Source: Sneathiella sp. (GTDB taxonomy: Bacteria > Pseudomonadota > Alphaproteobacteria > Sneathiellales > Sneathiellaceae). From it: a stretch of 64,000 nt of DNA. The translations under genes were made by a program, and so were the position numbers. Shown here in pieces: positions 17,353-26,785 of the stretch. Where the stretch lies: positions 930 to 64,929 of the forward strand of contig JAIOYL010000001.1 in NCBI GenBank assembly GCA_021741195.1, read 5' to 3'. The notes under the pieces are model-generated. The model searched no databases and was not told where the DNA came from. It was given only the letters and a program-made list of their open reading frames with translations. The first letter of the stretch is position 1, and each line of letters starts with the position of its first letter.

Positions 17353-18597
17353 ATGGGTATATTAAACAAAGTAATTTTAATTGCGGCGGTCACGGTAGGC
17401 ATATACTCACCTGCCATAGCGCAGATCATGGATAGCAACGAGGTCGGTGCGGAAATCACGATCCGGTCGTCAGATTTGCCAAAACCCTATACAACGCCCG
17501 TCGAGGCTCTGGGTCCGCGTGTTGTCAGTACCAACAAGGAAGGCGAGCTAAACCTGCCGCCGGGCTTCAAGGTCAATCCTTTCCGTAAAGAGTTAACTCA
17601 TGCAAGATGGTTGCTCACGCTTGAAAATGGAGATGTCCTGTTAGCTGAACCCCGTGCCAGAGCAATTACATTGCTTCGGGATGCCAATGGCGACGGTGTC
17701 GCCGAGATTGAAGACAGGGTCGTTTCGGGCCTTGATGCGCCGCATGGCATGGCTGTTGTTGGAAACTGGCTCTATATTGGAGAACGGACGCAGGTGCGCC
17801 GCGTTCCATTCAAATTGGGGGATACGCACACATCAGGGCCAATTGAGGACGTGACGGAGAAAGGCTCTCTTGGGGATGGCAGGGGACACTGGACGCGTAA
17901 CCTGCTCTATGACGCCAAAGATAATGCACTATATATCACTGTCGGCAGTGCCTCCAATATCGGGAAAGAGGAGTTGCCGCGCGCCAGCATACAAAAACTT
18001 TATCTTGATGGCAAAAGGATGGAAACAGTGGCGACGGGCCTTCGCAATCCGGTGGGGATTGATGTCAATCCGGTGACCCGCGCACTTTACACAGTTGTCA
18101 ATGAGCGCGACGGCTACGGTGACGGACTGGTCCCGGATTATCTGACAGAAGTGAAGGCGGGCGGGTTTTATGGCTGGCCCTATGCCTATACCGGGACCAA
18201 TCCGGACCCGGATTATGGGGCGGATGCGCCGGACATGGTGGCGAAATCAATTCTTCCCAACGTGCTTTTCCAGTCTCATTCCGCGCCGCTCGGGCTTGCC
18301 TTCTATACGGGTACGCAGTTTCCGGCTGAATATACCAATGATGCCTTTGTCGCGTTTCAGGGGTCGTGGAATTCGTCGAAGCCGACAGGGTACAAGATCG
18401 TGCGCGTTCCGTTTAAAAATGGCCGCCCGACCGGTTCCTACCAGAATTTTGCGACGGGGTTCCGGATAGAGGCCGAAGATCCGGGCGCCGCGAGGATATG
18501 GGGCCGTCCGGTTGGTCTGGCGATTGCCAAGGATGGGGCACTGCTCGTCGCTGATGAGGTGAGCCAGACGGTCTGGCGCATCTCCTACGGTGAATGA
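17353..18597 (+). CDS. PQQ-dependent sugar/sorbosone dehydrogenase family
   Basis: Signal peptide. HWTRN, VGSASN, GLRNPVG, NERDG, FYGWPY and HSAPLGL motifs. RBS GGAGG favours ATG at 17353. Confidence 0.88.
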   Translation: MGILNKVILIAAVTVGIYSPAIAQIMDSNEVGAEITIRSSDLPKPYTTPVEALGPRVVSTNKEGELNLPPGFKVNPFRKELTHARWLLTLENGDVLLAEPRARAITLLRDANGDGVAEIEDRVVSGLDAPHGMAVVGNWLYIGERTQVRRVPFKLGDTHTSGPIEDVTEKGSLGDGRGHWTRNLLYDAKDNALYITVGSASNIGKEELPRASIQKLYLDGKRMETVATGLRNPVGIDVNPVTRALYTVVNERDGYGDGLVPDYLTEVKAGGFYGWPYAYTGTNPDPDYGADAPDMVAKSILPNVLFQSHSAPLGLAFYTGTQFPAEYTNDAFVAFQGSWNSSKPTGYKIVRVPFKNGRPTGSYQNFATGFRIEAEDPGAARIWGRPVGLAIAKDGALLVADEVSQTVWRISYGE

Positions 18598-18727
18598 GCC
18601 GATCGAATCGGATATCAGTAGACTCGACGCTCCCCGGAGGATATATCAGTGGGACTTTGGACGCCGACCTAGGCTGAGTTAGCGGGTAGGCCATCAATAT
18701 ATTAAAACCGGATGAAGAGATCAGGGT

Positions 18728-19054
18728 ATGAGTTGGACCGACGAGAGAATTGAAAAACTGAAAAAACTCTGGGGCTCCGGAAAGACGGCTGCCGAAATTG
18801 CGGAAGAGCTGGGCGACGTCACGCGAAATGCAGTTATAGGGAAAGCCAATCGTCTCGGTCTTTCGTCAAAATCGACACCTGCGGCGGCGTCGAAGCCTAA
18901 GAAGAAAGTCATCCCGGCGCATCGCGCCTGCCAATGGCCGATTGGTCATCCGGGAGAGGCCAATTTTCATTTTTGCGGTGACGAGGCGGTTCCGAGCAAG
19001 CCATATTGCCTCAAGCATTGCAATATGGCCTATCAGAACAAGGACAACAGTTAA
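18728..19054 (+). CDS. gcrA: GcrA cell-cycle regulator (compact form)
   Basis: MSWTDERIEKLKKLW...TRNAVIGKANRLGL and CQWPIG...FHFCG...PYC. Confidence 0.9.
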   Translation: MSWTDERIEKLKKLWGSGKTAAEIAEELGDVTRNAVIGKANRLGLSSKSTPAAASKPKKKVIPAHRACQWPIGHPGEANFHFCGDEAVPSKPYCLKHCNMAYQNKDNS

Positions 19055-19059
19055 GGGCC

Positions 19060-19410
19060 TCAGGCTTGCTCAAACATCTCCAGTCTGAGTTTCAATTTTT
19101 CGCCGAGCCATAGAGCGTTGTCTCGGTGATCCTGAAGGTCATCGCCGGTTTCGGGATGAACAAGTATATCAAGACCCTGGCGGTTCAGCATCAGCCAGGG
19201 GACAATTTTACCGAAATCCAACGTCGCGAAAACAACCTGATACATCGATATCGAATGCGGCCCGACGGGCTCATCATGCCAACGTCCTAATTTAACATCA
19301 AACCGTTCCGCCAGCTGCTCGCGGACTTGTGCGGCGGCATCTTTCGTTTCCGGGCGATAATAGATATGGGCGTGATAACCGCTGATTACTTTTTCCGTAT
19401 CCTTGGGCAT
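19060..19410 (-). CDS. DOPA 4,5-dioxygenase family protein
   Basis: YHAHIYY, PVGPH, LVHP.TGDD..DH..ALWLG. Confidence 0.9.
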   Translation of the reverse strand: MPKDTEKVISGYHAHIYYRPETKDAAAQVREQLAERFDVKLGRWHDEPVGPHSISMYQVVFATLDFGKIVPWLMLNRQGLDILVHPETGDDLQDHRDNALWLGEKLKLRLEMFEQA

Positions 19411-19535
19411 GTCGACTTTCCCTTGAAAATTTGCTGGCCTTGATCAGGCGATCATTGTTAACATAGGTATTCAAGGCCGCCTTGTCATGGCAAGACATTA
19501 CCGGCTCCAAAAAAACATAAACCGGAGGTAAACCC

Positions 19536-20396
19536 GTGTCCTTTGAGCATATCCTGTATGACGTTGAAGATCAGATTCTGACAATTACCCTTAACCGTCC
19601 CGATAACCTGAATGCTTTTACGTCCATCATGCGCGATGAGTTGATCGCCGCCTTTGACAAGGCGGACGCGGATGATGATGTCCGCGCCATTATTATTACC
19701 GGTGCCGGGCGCGCCTTCTGCGCTGGGGCGGATCTCGGGGCGGGCAAGGATACCTTTAACTACAAGGCACGGGGCTTTCAGAAGGAAGGCGAGCTTCATC
19801 GTGATGGCGGCGGCCGGGTGACCCTTCGAATGTATCAGTCGAAAAAGCCGATTATCGGCGCGATTAACGGCCCGGCGGTTGGAATCGGCGCGACGATGAC
19901 GCTGCCGATGGATATCCGCCTGGCCTCGGACAAGGCAAGAATTGGGTTCGTCTTTTCACGGCGCGGCATCGTCATGGAGGCCTGCAGCAGCTGGTTCCTG
20001 CCGCGTCTGGTCGGGATTTCCCAGGCCGCCGAATGGGTGTACTCGGGCCGTATTTTCCCCGCCGATGAGGCGAAGGCAGGCGGGCTTATCAAAGCGATCT
20101 ATCCACAAGATGAATTACTGCCCGCCGCGCGTAGCCTCGCCAAAGAACTGACCGCGGAATCAGCTCCCGTCTCCGTTGCTCTCTGCCGCCAGATGATGTG
20201 GCGGATGCTGGGGGCGGATCATCCGATGGAAGCGCATAAGATTGACAGTCGTGGCATCGCCATGATGGGGCGGAGCCCGGATGTCGCCGAAGGGGTAACG
20301 TCCTTCCTCGAGAAGCGCCCGGCGAAATTCTTGATGCGCCCGTCCACCGATATGCCGGCTTTTTATCCCTGGTGGGAAGAGCCTGAGTTCAAATAA
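19536..20396 (+). CDS. Enoyl-CoA hydratase/crotonase family
   Basis: ITLNRPD, AFCAGADL, AINGPAVGIG, EGVTSFLEKRP. Confidence 0.92.
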   Translation: MSFEHILYDVEDQILTITLNRPDNLNAFTSIMRDELIAAFDKADADDDVRAIIITGAGRAFCAGADLGAGKDTFNYKARGFQKEGELHRDGGGRVTLRMYQSKKPIIGAINGPAVGIGATMTLPMDIRLASDKARIGFVFSRRGIVMEACSSWFLPRLVGISQAAEWVYSGRIFPADEAKAGGLIKAIYPQDELLPAARSLAKELTAESAPVSVALCRQMMWRMLGADHPMEAHKIDSRGIAMMGRSPDVAEGVTSFLEKRPAKFLMRPSTDMPAFYPWWEEPEFK

Positions 20397-20424
20397 ACGT
20401 AGCCCGGCATGAAAATACTCCTAT

Positions 20425-20460
20425 AAATTATAATAATTTTAAATAATACTATTATAATTT
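20425..20460. promoter_or_regulatory. AT-rich inverted repeat AAATTATAATA-N14-TATTATAATTT
   Basis: Perfect 11-bp arms about 50 nt upstream of the AsmA-like gene. Confidence 0.45.
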
Positions 20461-20507
20461 GTCTTCGGTTCTTGTCATTCATGCCTACAAGAGCCGGAGA
20501 TATTTTA

Positions 20508-21119
20508 ATGAAACTGAAATCCCTTCTTATTCCGGGCGGCACACTTGTTGTCATTGTGGCCGCTTTCGTTTTTGGTGTGCGCGAAGATGAGAAGTATGTG
20601 AATTCAACCGGCCAGACGCCAATTGTCACCATAGGCAGCGCCGCCGCCGGGGAGAAAGTGACCCTCAACAGCTTCGATGTTAATATTTTTACCGGCAGTG
20701 ACAGAATTTCGGCGCTGACTGTTCCTAATTCCGGTATCGGTTCCTCCAATACCGGTTTTGTTGTTGGAAAGGCAGAGATCAAGATCACCCCATGGAGTGT
20801 TCTCTGGAGATCGCTCCATATCAAATCAATCGAGATCACCAACCCTGCGATTGACCTGGCGACCAGTGCCACAAGTTCCAACCTTGCGGTCATTCTGCTG
20901 GCCGCCGGGGCTTATGCGGCGACCGCCGACAGCTCAGGTGGCGACGATAAGAAACTTCGGCTCGATAGCCTGACCATTAATGGTGCGAAACTGACTAGGA
21001 AAATCAATCCGTTGTCGACGCCGTTATCGACAACCCTGCCGACTATCCAGATGACGGACCTCGGCAGCCAGGGGGACGGCATGACACAGGCGGATTTAGT
21101 GAAAGTGGGCCTCTCCTAG
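20508..21119 (+). CDS. AsmA-like N-terminal domain membrane-anchored protein
   Basis: N-terminal TM helix, then the beta-rich pattern VTLNSFDVNIFTGS...IKSIEITNP...SNL...KKL.LD.L.I.G...LPTIQMTDLG. GGAGA RBS before ATG at 20508. Confidence 0.6.
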   Translation: MKLKSLLIPGGTLVVIVAAFVFGVREDEKYVNSTGQTPIVTIGSAAAGEKVTLNSFDVNIFTGSDRISALTVPNSGIGSSNTGFVVGKAEIKITPWSVLWRSLHIKSIEITNPAIDLATSATSSNLAVILLAAGAYAATADSSGGDDKKLRLDSLTINGAKLTRKINPLSTPLSTTLPTIQMTDLGSQGDGMTQADLVKVGLS

Positions 21120-21258
21120 GTCGTCAACCAGGCGACGAAGTAGGCACTGCATCCCTGATAAAAAGAATTCCGGAACGGAAAACTGTTCCCGCAGAATGGT
21201 TGCCTTTTGCGGGTTTACAGCCTAAATGTAGGGGGACGTTAATCGAGCAGGTATATAC

Positions 21259-21546
21259 ATGACATCCTTACTCCTTCTGATCAGTGCCATTATCAATATT
21301 TTTATCTGGCTATTGATTGCCAACGCGATTTTGAGCTGGCTGGTGGCATTCAATGTCGTCAACACGAACAACCAGTTCGTCTCTTCAGTCGGGAATTTCC
21401 TTTACCGGATTACGGAACCGCCGCTTCGGCCGATCAGGCGGGTCATTCCGACAATGGGGGGTCTGGATGTCTCGCCGATCATCCTAATCTTACTGCTGAT
21501 TTTCCTGCGCAACCTGATGTTCGAATATTTGCCGCAGATGATGTGA
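21259..21546 (+). CDS. yggT: YggT family membrane protein
   Basis: ILSWLVAFNVVN, TEPPLRPIRR, GGLDVSPIIL. Confidence 0.92.
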   Translation: MTSLLLLISAIINIFIWLLIANAILSWLVAFNVVNTNNQFVSSVGNFLYRITEPPLRPIRRVIPTMGGLDVSPIILILLLIFLRNLMFEYLPQMM

Positions 21547-21860
21547 ACCTGCCGATTAGAAAGAGCGACGGAGGCGTCCTTCTTGATGTCCGGCTGACGC
21601 CAAATGCCGCCCAGAACCGGATTGAAGAGGTTTTTGTCGACGCAGAGGGGCGGAGCCGGCTTAAAGTCAAGGTCACGGTAGTGCCCGAAAAAGGGAAGGC
21701 CAACAGCGCATTGGTCAAATTATTGTCGAAATCAATAAAGTGCGGCCAGGGAAAGTTTGACATTATCTCCGGAAAGCTGGACCGCAACAAGACAGTGCTG
21801 GTTAAGGGCGATCCAGTGGCATTGGAAATCGAACTTGAAGAATGGCTCAAGACAATTTGA
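21543..21860 (+). CDS. DUF167/YggU family protein
   Basis: [26 protein letters not shown]...RNKTV. Overlaps the yggT stop. Confidence 0.88.
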   Translation: MNLPIRKSDGGVLLDVRLTPNAAQNRIEEVFVDAEGRSRLKVKVTVVPEKGKANSALVKLLSKSIKCGQGKFDIISGKLDRNKTVLVKGDPVALEIELEEWLKTI

Positions 21861-21889
21861 CCGGGCGGAACGCGGATCAGGGGGATGAC

Positions 21890-22774
21890 ATGACGGCAAA
21901 AATTATCGACGGCAAAATATACTCGGCCCGGGTGCGCGAAAAGGCGGGGAAGCAAGTCGCTATCCTGAAATCCAAATACGGATTGACACCGGGACTTGCC
22001 GTTGTGCTGGTGGGGGAGGATCCGGCGAGTCAGGTCTATGTGCGCAACAAAGGCAAGGCGACGGCGGAAGCGGGGATGAAGTCGGAGGAAATCCGTCTCG
22101 ATGTCTCGGCAACTGAAGCCGAAGTTCTCGAGGTGGTGCATCGCCTCAATGCTGATCCAACGATCCATGGCATACTGGTCCAGCTACCCTTGCCGAAACA
22201 GGTGAATGAAACGGCGGTGCTTGATGCCATTGATCCGATGAAGGATGTCGATGGCTTCCATGTGATCAATACGGGCCGTCAGGCGGTGGGGCTGCCTGCA
22301 ATGGTGCCCTGTACGCCGCTTGGCTGCCTGATCATGCTGAAAGATACGCTTGGCGACCTGTCAGGGTTGAATGCTGTCGTGGTTGGCCGATCCAATATCG
22401 TCGGAAAGCCAATGGCGAGTTTGCTGCTGGCGGAGAACTGCACAGTGACAATCGCCCATTCGCGAACCCGTGATTTACCTGCTGTCTGCCGAGGCGCGGA
22501 TATCCTTGTTGCCGCAGTCGGACGGCCCAACATGATCCGCGGGGACTGGATAAAGCCTGGCGCCACGGTCATCGATGTTGGTATCAACCGCATTCCAAAA
22601 GAGGATGGTAAGACACGTCTTATCGGTGATGTCTGCTTCAATGAGGCAGTTGAGGTGGCCGCGGCGATTACGCCTGTGCCAGGAGGCGTTGGCCTGATGA
22701 CAGTCGCCTGCCTGCTCGCTAACACAGTGACCGCCGCCTGTCGGCAGGCGGGTATTGAGGAACCGGAGGTTTAG
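21890..22774 (+). CDS. folD: Bifunctional methylene-THF dehydrogenase/cyclohydrolase
   Basis: [52 protein letters not shown]. Confidence 0.97.
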   Translation: MTAKIIDGKIYSARVREKAGKQVAILKSKYGLTPGLAVVLVGEDPASQVYVRNKGKATAEAGMKSEEIRLDVSATEAEVLEVVHRLNADPTIHGILVQLPLPKQVNETAVLDAIDPMKDVDGFHVINTGRQAVGLPAMVPCTPLGCLIMLKDTLGDLSGLNAVVVGRSNIVGKPMASLLLAENCTVTIAHSRTRDLPAVCRGADILVAAVGRPNMIRGDWIKPGATVIDVGINRIPKEDGKTRLIGDVCFNEAVEVAAAITPVPGGVGLMTVACLLANTVTAACRQAGIEEPEV

Positions 22775-22784
22775 ATAACCCACC

Positions 22785-23099
22785 GTGAGATTTCCCCCTC
22801 ACCTGATTGGAAAATTCTTCAAGTTTGTCGCCGTTGGCGCATTGGTCGGGATCGTCTTTTCAATCCTGTTTATCGCGCTGCCCGTTGCCGGACTGTTGTT
22901 TCTGATCAGCGGCCTTGATCTGGGCTGGAATCTGCAATGGATTCCCTCCGCGCCAGCAATCATGACGTTTGGCGCAGGTGGCGGCGGCCTGTTCGCCACC
23001 ATCCTGTTCATAAAGGATCGCTATATCCCATACGTCGAGCAGGTTCCCGACTTTGAAGCGGATGCAGACGAGCCGGACTCAAACAAGCATCTTCACTAG
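22785..23099 (+). CDS. Small hypothetical membrane protein
   Basis: 104 aa, 2-3 hydrophobic segments, acidic tail. Directly downstream of folD. Confidence 0.55.
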   Translation: MRFPPHLIGKFFKFVAVGALVGIVFSILFIALPVAGLLFLISGLDLGWNLQWIPSAPAIMTFGAGGGGLFATILFIKDRYIPYVEQVPDFEADADEPDSNKHLH

Positions 23100-23110
23100 G
23101 GTACTGACCC
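23096..23110 (+). repeat. CTAGGGT-N3-GACCC motif copy 3 (CTAGGGTACTGACCC, extends to TAGGGT-N4-ACCCTA)
   Basis: Contains the TAG stop of the small membrane protein gene, 13 nt from the argG stop. Confidence 0.8.
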
Positions 23111-23122
23111 TATAAACCAGAA

Positions 23123-24331
23123 CTATGATTTCTGCCGGTGCAGCAGGCGCAGACGCAGCGCGTTGAGCTTGATGAAGCCCTCCGCGTCCCGCTGGTCATA
23201 AACCGTGTCCTCCTCAAAGGTCACATGCTCCATTGAATAGAGCGAATAGGGGCTTTTGCGGCCGACGACACTGACCCGGCCCTTGAACAGTTTCAGCCGA
23301 ACCGTTCCCGACACTTTTTCCTGACTCTTGTCGATCAGCGCCTGAAGCATTTCGCGTTCCGGTGAGAACCAGAGGCCATTATATATCAGCTCCGCGTAGC
23401 GTGGCATGATATCGTCTTTCAGATGCATGGCGCCCCGGTCGAGCGTGATCTGCTCGATGCCGCGATGGCCCTCCAGCATGACAGTACCGCCCGGCGTCTC
23501 ATAAATGCCACGTGACTTCATGCCAACAAACCGGCCTTCGACGAGATCAAGCCGACCGATGCCATTGGCGCCGGCAACCTTGTTTAGCGCCATCAGGATT
23601 TCGGCAGGGGAGAGGCGCTTGCCATTCAGGGCAACAGGATCGCCTTTTTCATACTCAATCTCGATATAGGTGGCGATGTCCGGGGCATCCTCAGGCGCGA
23701 CCGTGCGGGAATAGACATATTCGCCTGCTTCTTCCCATGGATCTTCGAGCGCCTTACCTTCGGCAGAGATATGCAGCATGTTTGCATCCACCGAGAAGGG
23801 GGCTTCGCCACGCTTATCCTTCGGGATGGGAATCTGGTTCTTTTCGGCGAACTCAATCAGCTTGGTCCGGGAATTCAGATCCCATTCCCGCCAGGGAGCA
23901 ATCACCTTGATGTCGGGGTTGAGCGCGTAATAGCCAAGTTCAAACCGCACCTGGTCATTCCCCTTGCCAGTCGCGCCATGGGCGACGGCGTCGGCGCCGA
24001 CTTCGCGGGCAATCTCGATCTGGCGTTTGGCGATCAGCGGGCGCGCGATGGAGGTACCGAGAAGATATTGCCCCTCATAGACTGCGTTGGCACGAAACAT
24101 CGGAAAAACAAAGTCGCGAACGAATTCTTCGCGCAAGTCATCAATATAGATTTCCTTGATTCCCAACATTTCCGCCTTGGCACGTGCCGGTTCCAATTCT
24201 TCGCCCTGTCCGAGGTCGGCGGTAAAGGTGACGACCTCGCAGTTATACGTGGTCTGCAGCCATTTCAGGATCACGGAGGTATCTAGACCACCGGAATAGG
24301 CAAGGACAACTTTTTTGATTGCTTGGGACAT
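23123..24331 (-). CDS. argG: Argininosuccinate synthase
   Basis: [46 protein letters not shown]. Confidence 0.98.
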   Translation of the reverse strand: MSQAIKKVVLAYSGGLDTSVILKWLQTTYNCEVVTFTADLGQGEELEPARAKAEMLGIKEIYIDDLREEFVRDFVFPMFRANAVYEGQYLLGTSIARPLIAKRQIEIAREVGADAVAHGATGKGNDQVRFELGYYALNPDIKVIAPWREWDLNSRTKLIEFAEKNQIPIPKDKRGEAPFSVDANMLHISAEGKALEDPWEEAGEYVYSRTVAPEDAPDIATYIEIEYEKGDPVALNGKRLSPAEILMALNKVAGANGIGRLDLVEGRFVGMKSRGIYETPGGTVMLEGHRGIEQITLDRGAMHLKDDIMPRYAELIYNGLWFSPEREMLQALIDKSQEKVSGTVRLKLFKGRVSVVGRKSPYSLYSMEHVTFEEDTVYDQRDAEGFIKLNALRLRLLHRQKS

Positions 24332-24431
24332 GGCAGGGAACCTCAGTAGAGAATCTGTTTCTCGGACGAATTTGCAGCGCGCAAACTAGGGGAAAAGCGG
24401 CAGGATCGCAAGGGGCTGTTTCAGGCTTTGC

Positions 24432-24998
24432 TCAGCTACGGTGTGGATAGTGAATAACCGAAAGGGTCACTGCTTTTTCACTACCCTTGTTTCGGTATCC
24501 ATGGGGTTTGTCGCCGCGAAAGCGGATCGATTGCCCCGCTTTCAGCAAACGCCACAAATTTTCGGTCAGTATTTCCATTTGGCCGGATATAACCGTGATA
24601 TGCTCGATCACACCGGGTTCATGGGGCTCCGACCGGCGCTCGTAGCCGGGAAGGAAGGTCAGTTCCATATAATCAAACCCGAATCTTGGCTCGAAGGGAA
24701 AAAGCGGCGCGACGGCCATGCCGCTATCCCCCGGGAGTTGGCGAAGGTTATCAGCATCCCGAATAAGCGTATCTGAAGAAATTTCCGGAAGCGGTTCCAT
24801 CAGCGAAGAAACGGAGACACGGAAGCCGGTGGCCAGTTTCCAGAGGACGGCCGTGGTCGGGCTTGATTCGCCGCGCTCGATCTGTCCCAGCATGGCTTTG
24901 CTTACGCCTGTCGCCGCCGCCGCCGCATCCAGGCTCCAGCCCCGATCCTTACGCAGCGATTTAAGGGTGCGGGAAAGATGATCTTTGCGTTCCTGCAT
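24432..24998 (-). CDS. XRE-family HTH + cupin regulator (SutR/YdcN-like)
   Basis: WSLDAAA..TGVSKAMLGQIERGESSPT HTH, plus C-terminal cupin HEPGVIEH...KPHGYRN. Divergent from benE. Confidence 0.88.
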   Translation of the reverse strand: MQERKDHLSRTLKSLRKDRGWSLDAAAAATGVSKAMLGQIERGESSPTTAVLWKLATGFRVSVSSLMEPLPEISSDTLIRDADNLRQLPGDSGMAVAPLFPFEPRFGFDYMELTFLPGYERRSEPHEPGVIEHITVISGQMEILTENLWRLLKAGQSIRFRGDKPHGYRNKGSEKAVTLSVIHYPHRS

Positions 24999-25018
24999 AA
25001 ATTCCTCGGATTTTGCTT

Positions 25019-25071
25019 GTGCGTTATAACGTACGAATGTTAGTCTGCGCGTCGCGTACGTTATAACGCAT
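25019..25071. promoter_or_regulatory. Two operator palindromes GTGCGTTATAACGTAC and GTACGTTATAACGCAT
   Basis: TGCGTTATAACGTACG (25020-25035) and CGTACGTTATAACGCA (25055-25070) are exact reverse complements. Each has a perfect CGTTATAACG core. Confidence 0.75.
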
Positions 25072-25095
25072 ATACCGGGCGAAAGGATAGGCCGA

Positions 25096-26268
25096 ATGCT
25101 TCGATTTTTCTCACCCTCCTATATCTCCGCGGGCTTCGTCTCGGTTCTTGTCGGCTATGCCGGGGCTGGCGCGATCATTTTTCAGGCGGCGAATGCGGCC
25201 GGCGCCACGACGGCGGAAATAAGTTCTTGGCTCTGGGCATTGGGGCTCGGCATGGGGTTCGGCACCCTTTCCTTGACGCTCTGGTATAAACAACCGGTGG
25301 CGGTCGCCTGGTCAACTCCGGGAGCGGCGTTGCTGGTGACGAGCCTTCCTGGCCTGCCGATAAGCGAGGCAATCGGCATTTTCCTGTTCAGCTCTTTCCT
25401 GATCACAGTATGCGGGATCTCGGGGTTGTTCCAGAAAATAATGGATATCATGCCGCAGTCGATGGCGGCGGCACTTCTTGCCGCGGTACTGCTGCGCTTT
25501 GGTTTGGATACGTTTGTGGCGCTCGAAAATGACTTCACGCTGGTTTTCTTGATGCTGATGGTCTACCTCATCGCCAAGCAGTTTTTACCGCGCTATGTGA
25601 TCCCGCTGACCTTCGTGACCGGGATCGTTGTCGCTACCCTTTCGGGAATGATTGCGGATTTTCACCCCGAAATGTCCTTTACCAACCCTGTTTTCATGAT
25701 GCCCACTTTTGATATCGCCAGCCTGATCGGCGTTGGCATTCCTTTGTTCATTGTGACCATGGCATCTCAGAATGTGCCGGGAATTGCGGCCCTTCGAACC
25801 CATGGCTATGACGCGCCCGCATCGCCGATTATTACATCAACCGGTATCATAGGGTTGGTGCTGGCGCCCTTTGGCGGTTTCGCCTTTAATCTTGCCGCCA
25901 TTACGGCGGCGATCTGTATGAGCAAGGACGTCCATCCCGATCCCGCAAAACGCTATCCTGCCAGCCTGTGGATGGGGATATTCTTTTGCCTGGCAGGCGT
26001 GTTCGGGGGTACACTCACGGGGCTTTTCGAAGCCTTTCCAGCGTCCCTGATCATGGCGATCGCGGGTCTTGCACTGCTATCCACTATCGCCAATAGCCTG
26101 CATACCGCTCTTCAGGACGAAGCCGAGAGGGATGCGGCGATCCTCACCTTCGCCGTTACTGCTTCGGGAATGTCGCTTCTTTCAATTGGCGCGCCTTTCT
26201 GGGGATTGGTCTTTGGCATCGCCGCTCATATTTTCAAGAAATGCTTTACCGCGCGCCAGATTGGATAA
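25096..26268 (+). CDS. benE: Benzoate/H+ symporter BenE family (YdcO-like)
   Basis: AWSTPGAALL, VTMASQNVPG, AFNLAAITAAIC, IAGLALLSTI. Confidence 0.9.
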   Translation: MLRFFSPSYISAGFVSVLVGYAGAGAIIFQAANAAGATTAEISSWLWALGLGMGFGTLSLTLWYKQPVAVAWSTPGAALLVTSLPGLPISEAIGIFLFSSFLITVCGISGLFQKIMDIMPQSMAAALLAAVLLRFGLDTFVALENDFTLVFLMLMVYLIAKQFLPRYVIPLTFVTGIVVATLSGMIADFHPEMSFTNPVFMMPTFDIASLIGVGIPLFIVTMASQNVPGIAALRTHGYDAPASPIITSTGIIGLVLAPFGGFAFNLAAITAAICMSKDVHPDPAKRYPASLWMGIFFCLAGVFGGTLTGLFEAFPASLIMAIAGLALLSTIANSLHTALQDEAERDAAILTFAVTASGMSLLSIGAPFWGLVFGIAAHIFKKCFTARQIG

Positions 26269-26311
26269 ATAAAGAATGAGAAACTGATCCACCAGCGAGG
26301 ACATCCGGACA

Positions 26312-26785
26312 ATGATAACGATCACCGTGAAAGAGGACGGCTTTCAGGACTGGAAGGGCTTGCTTGACCTGCTGTATGGCGCGTTTTCTTATATGGCGGC
26401 GCGGATCGATCCCCCGTCGTCTCTGCACTTGCTGAACGAGGAGACCATTATCGAAAAAGCAGCGGAGGAAACGCTCCTCCTTGCTTATGACGGCGATCAG
26501 CTTATCGGCTGCTGCTTTCTCAAAGACATGGGCGAAGAGATGTATCTTGGCAAACTGGCCGTCCGGACAGAGGGGCAAAAATCAGGTATCGGAGCCGCGC
26601 TTGTCAATTACGCTATCGACCTTTGTCGCAGGCAGAAGAAAAAGCGGATCGAATTGCAGTCGCGGGTCGAACTTATCGACGTGCATGATTTTTTCCGTCG
26701 GCGGGGGTTCCGGCAAACTGGCGTAACCGCCCATAAAGGCTATGACCGGCCGACCAGTATCACTATGCAGCTATACCTAGAGTGA
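26312..26785 (+). CDS. GNAT family N-acetyltransferase
   Basis: YLGKLAV..GQKSGIG motif A, FFRRRGF. Confidence 0.88.
   Translation: MITITVKEDGFQDWKGLLDLLYGAFSYMAARIDPPSSLHLLNEETIIEKAAEETLLLAYDGDQLIGCCFLKDMGEEMYLGKLAVRTEGQKSGIGAALVNYAIDLCRRQKKKRIELQSRVELIDVHDFFRRRGFRQTGVTAHKGYDRPTSITMQLYLE

Noticed and set aside
18598-18727. Possible tRNA or sRNA upstream of gcrA
   Set aside because: No cloverleaf, T-loop or CCA, and no recognisable ncRNA family.
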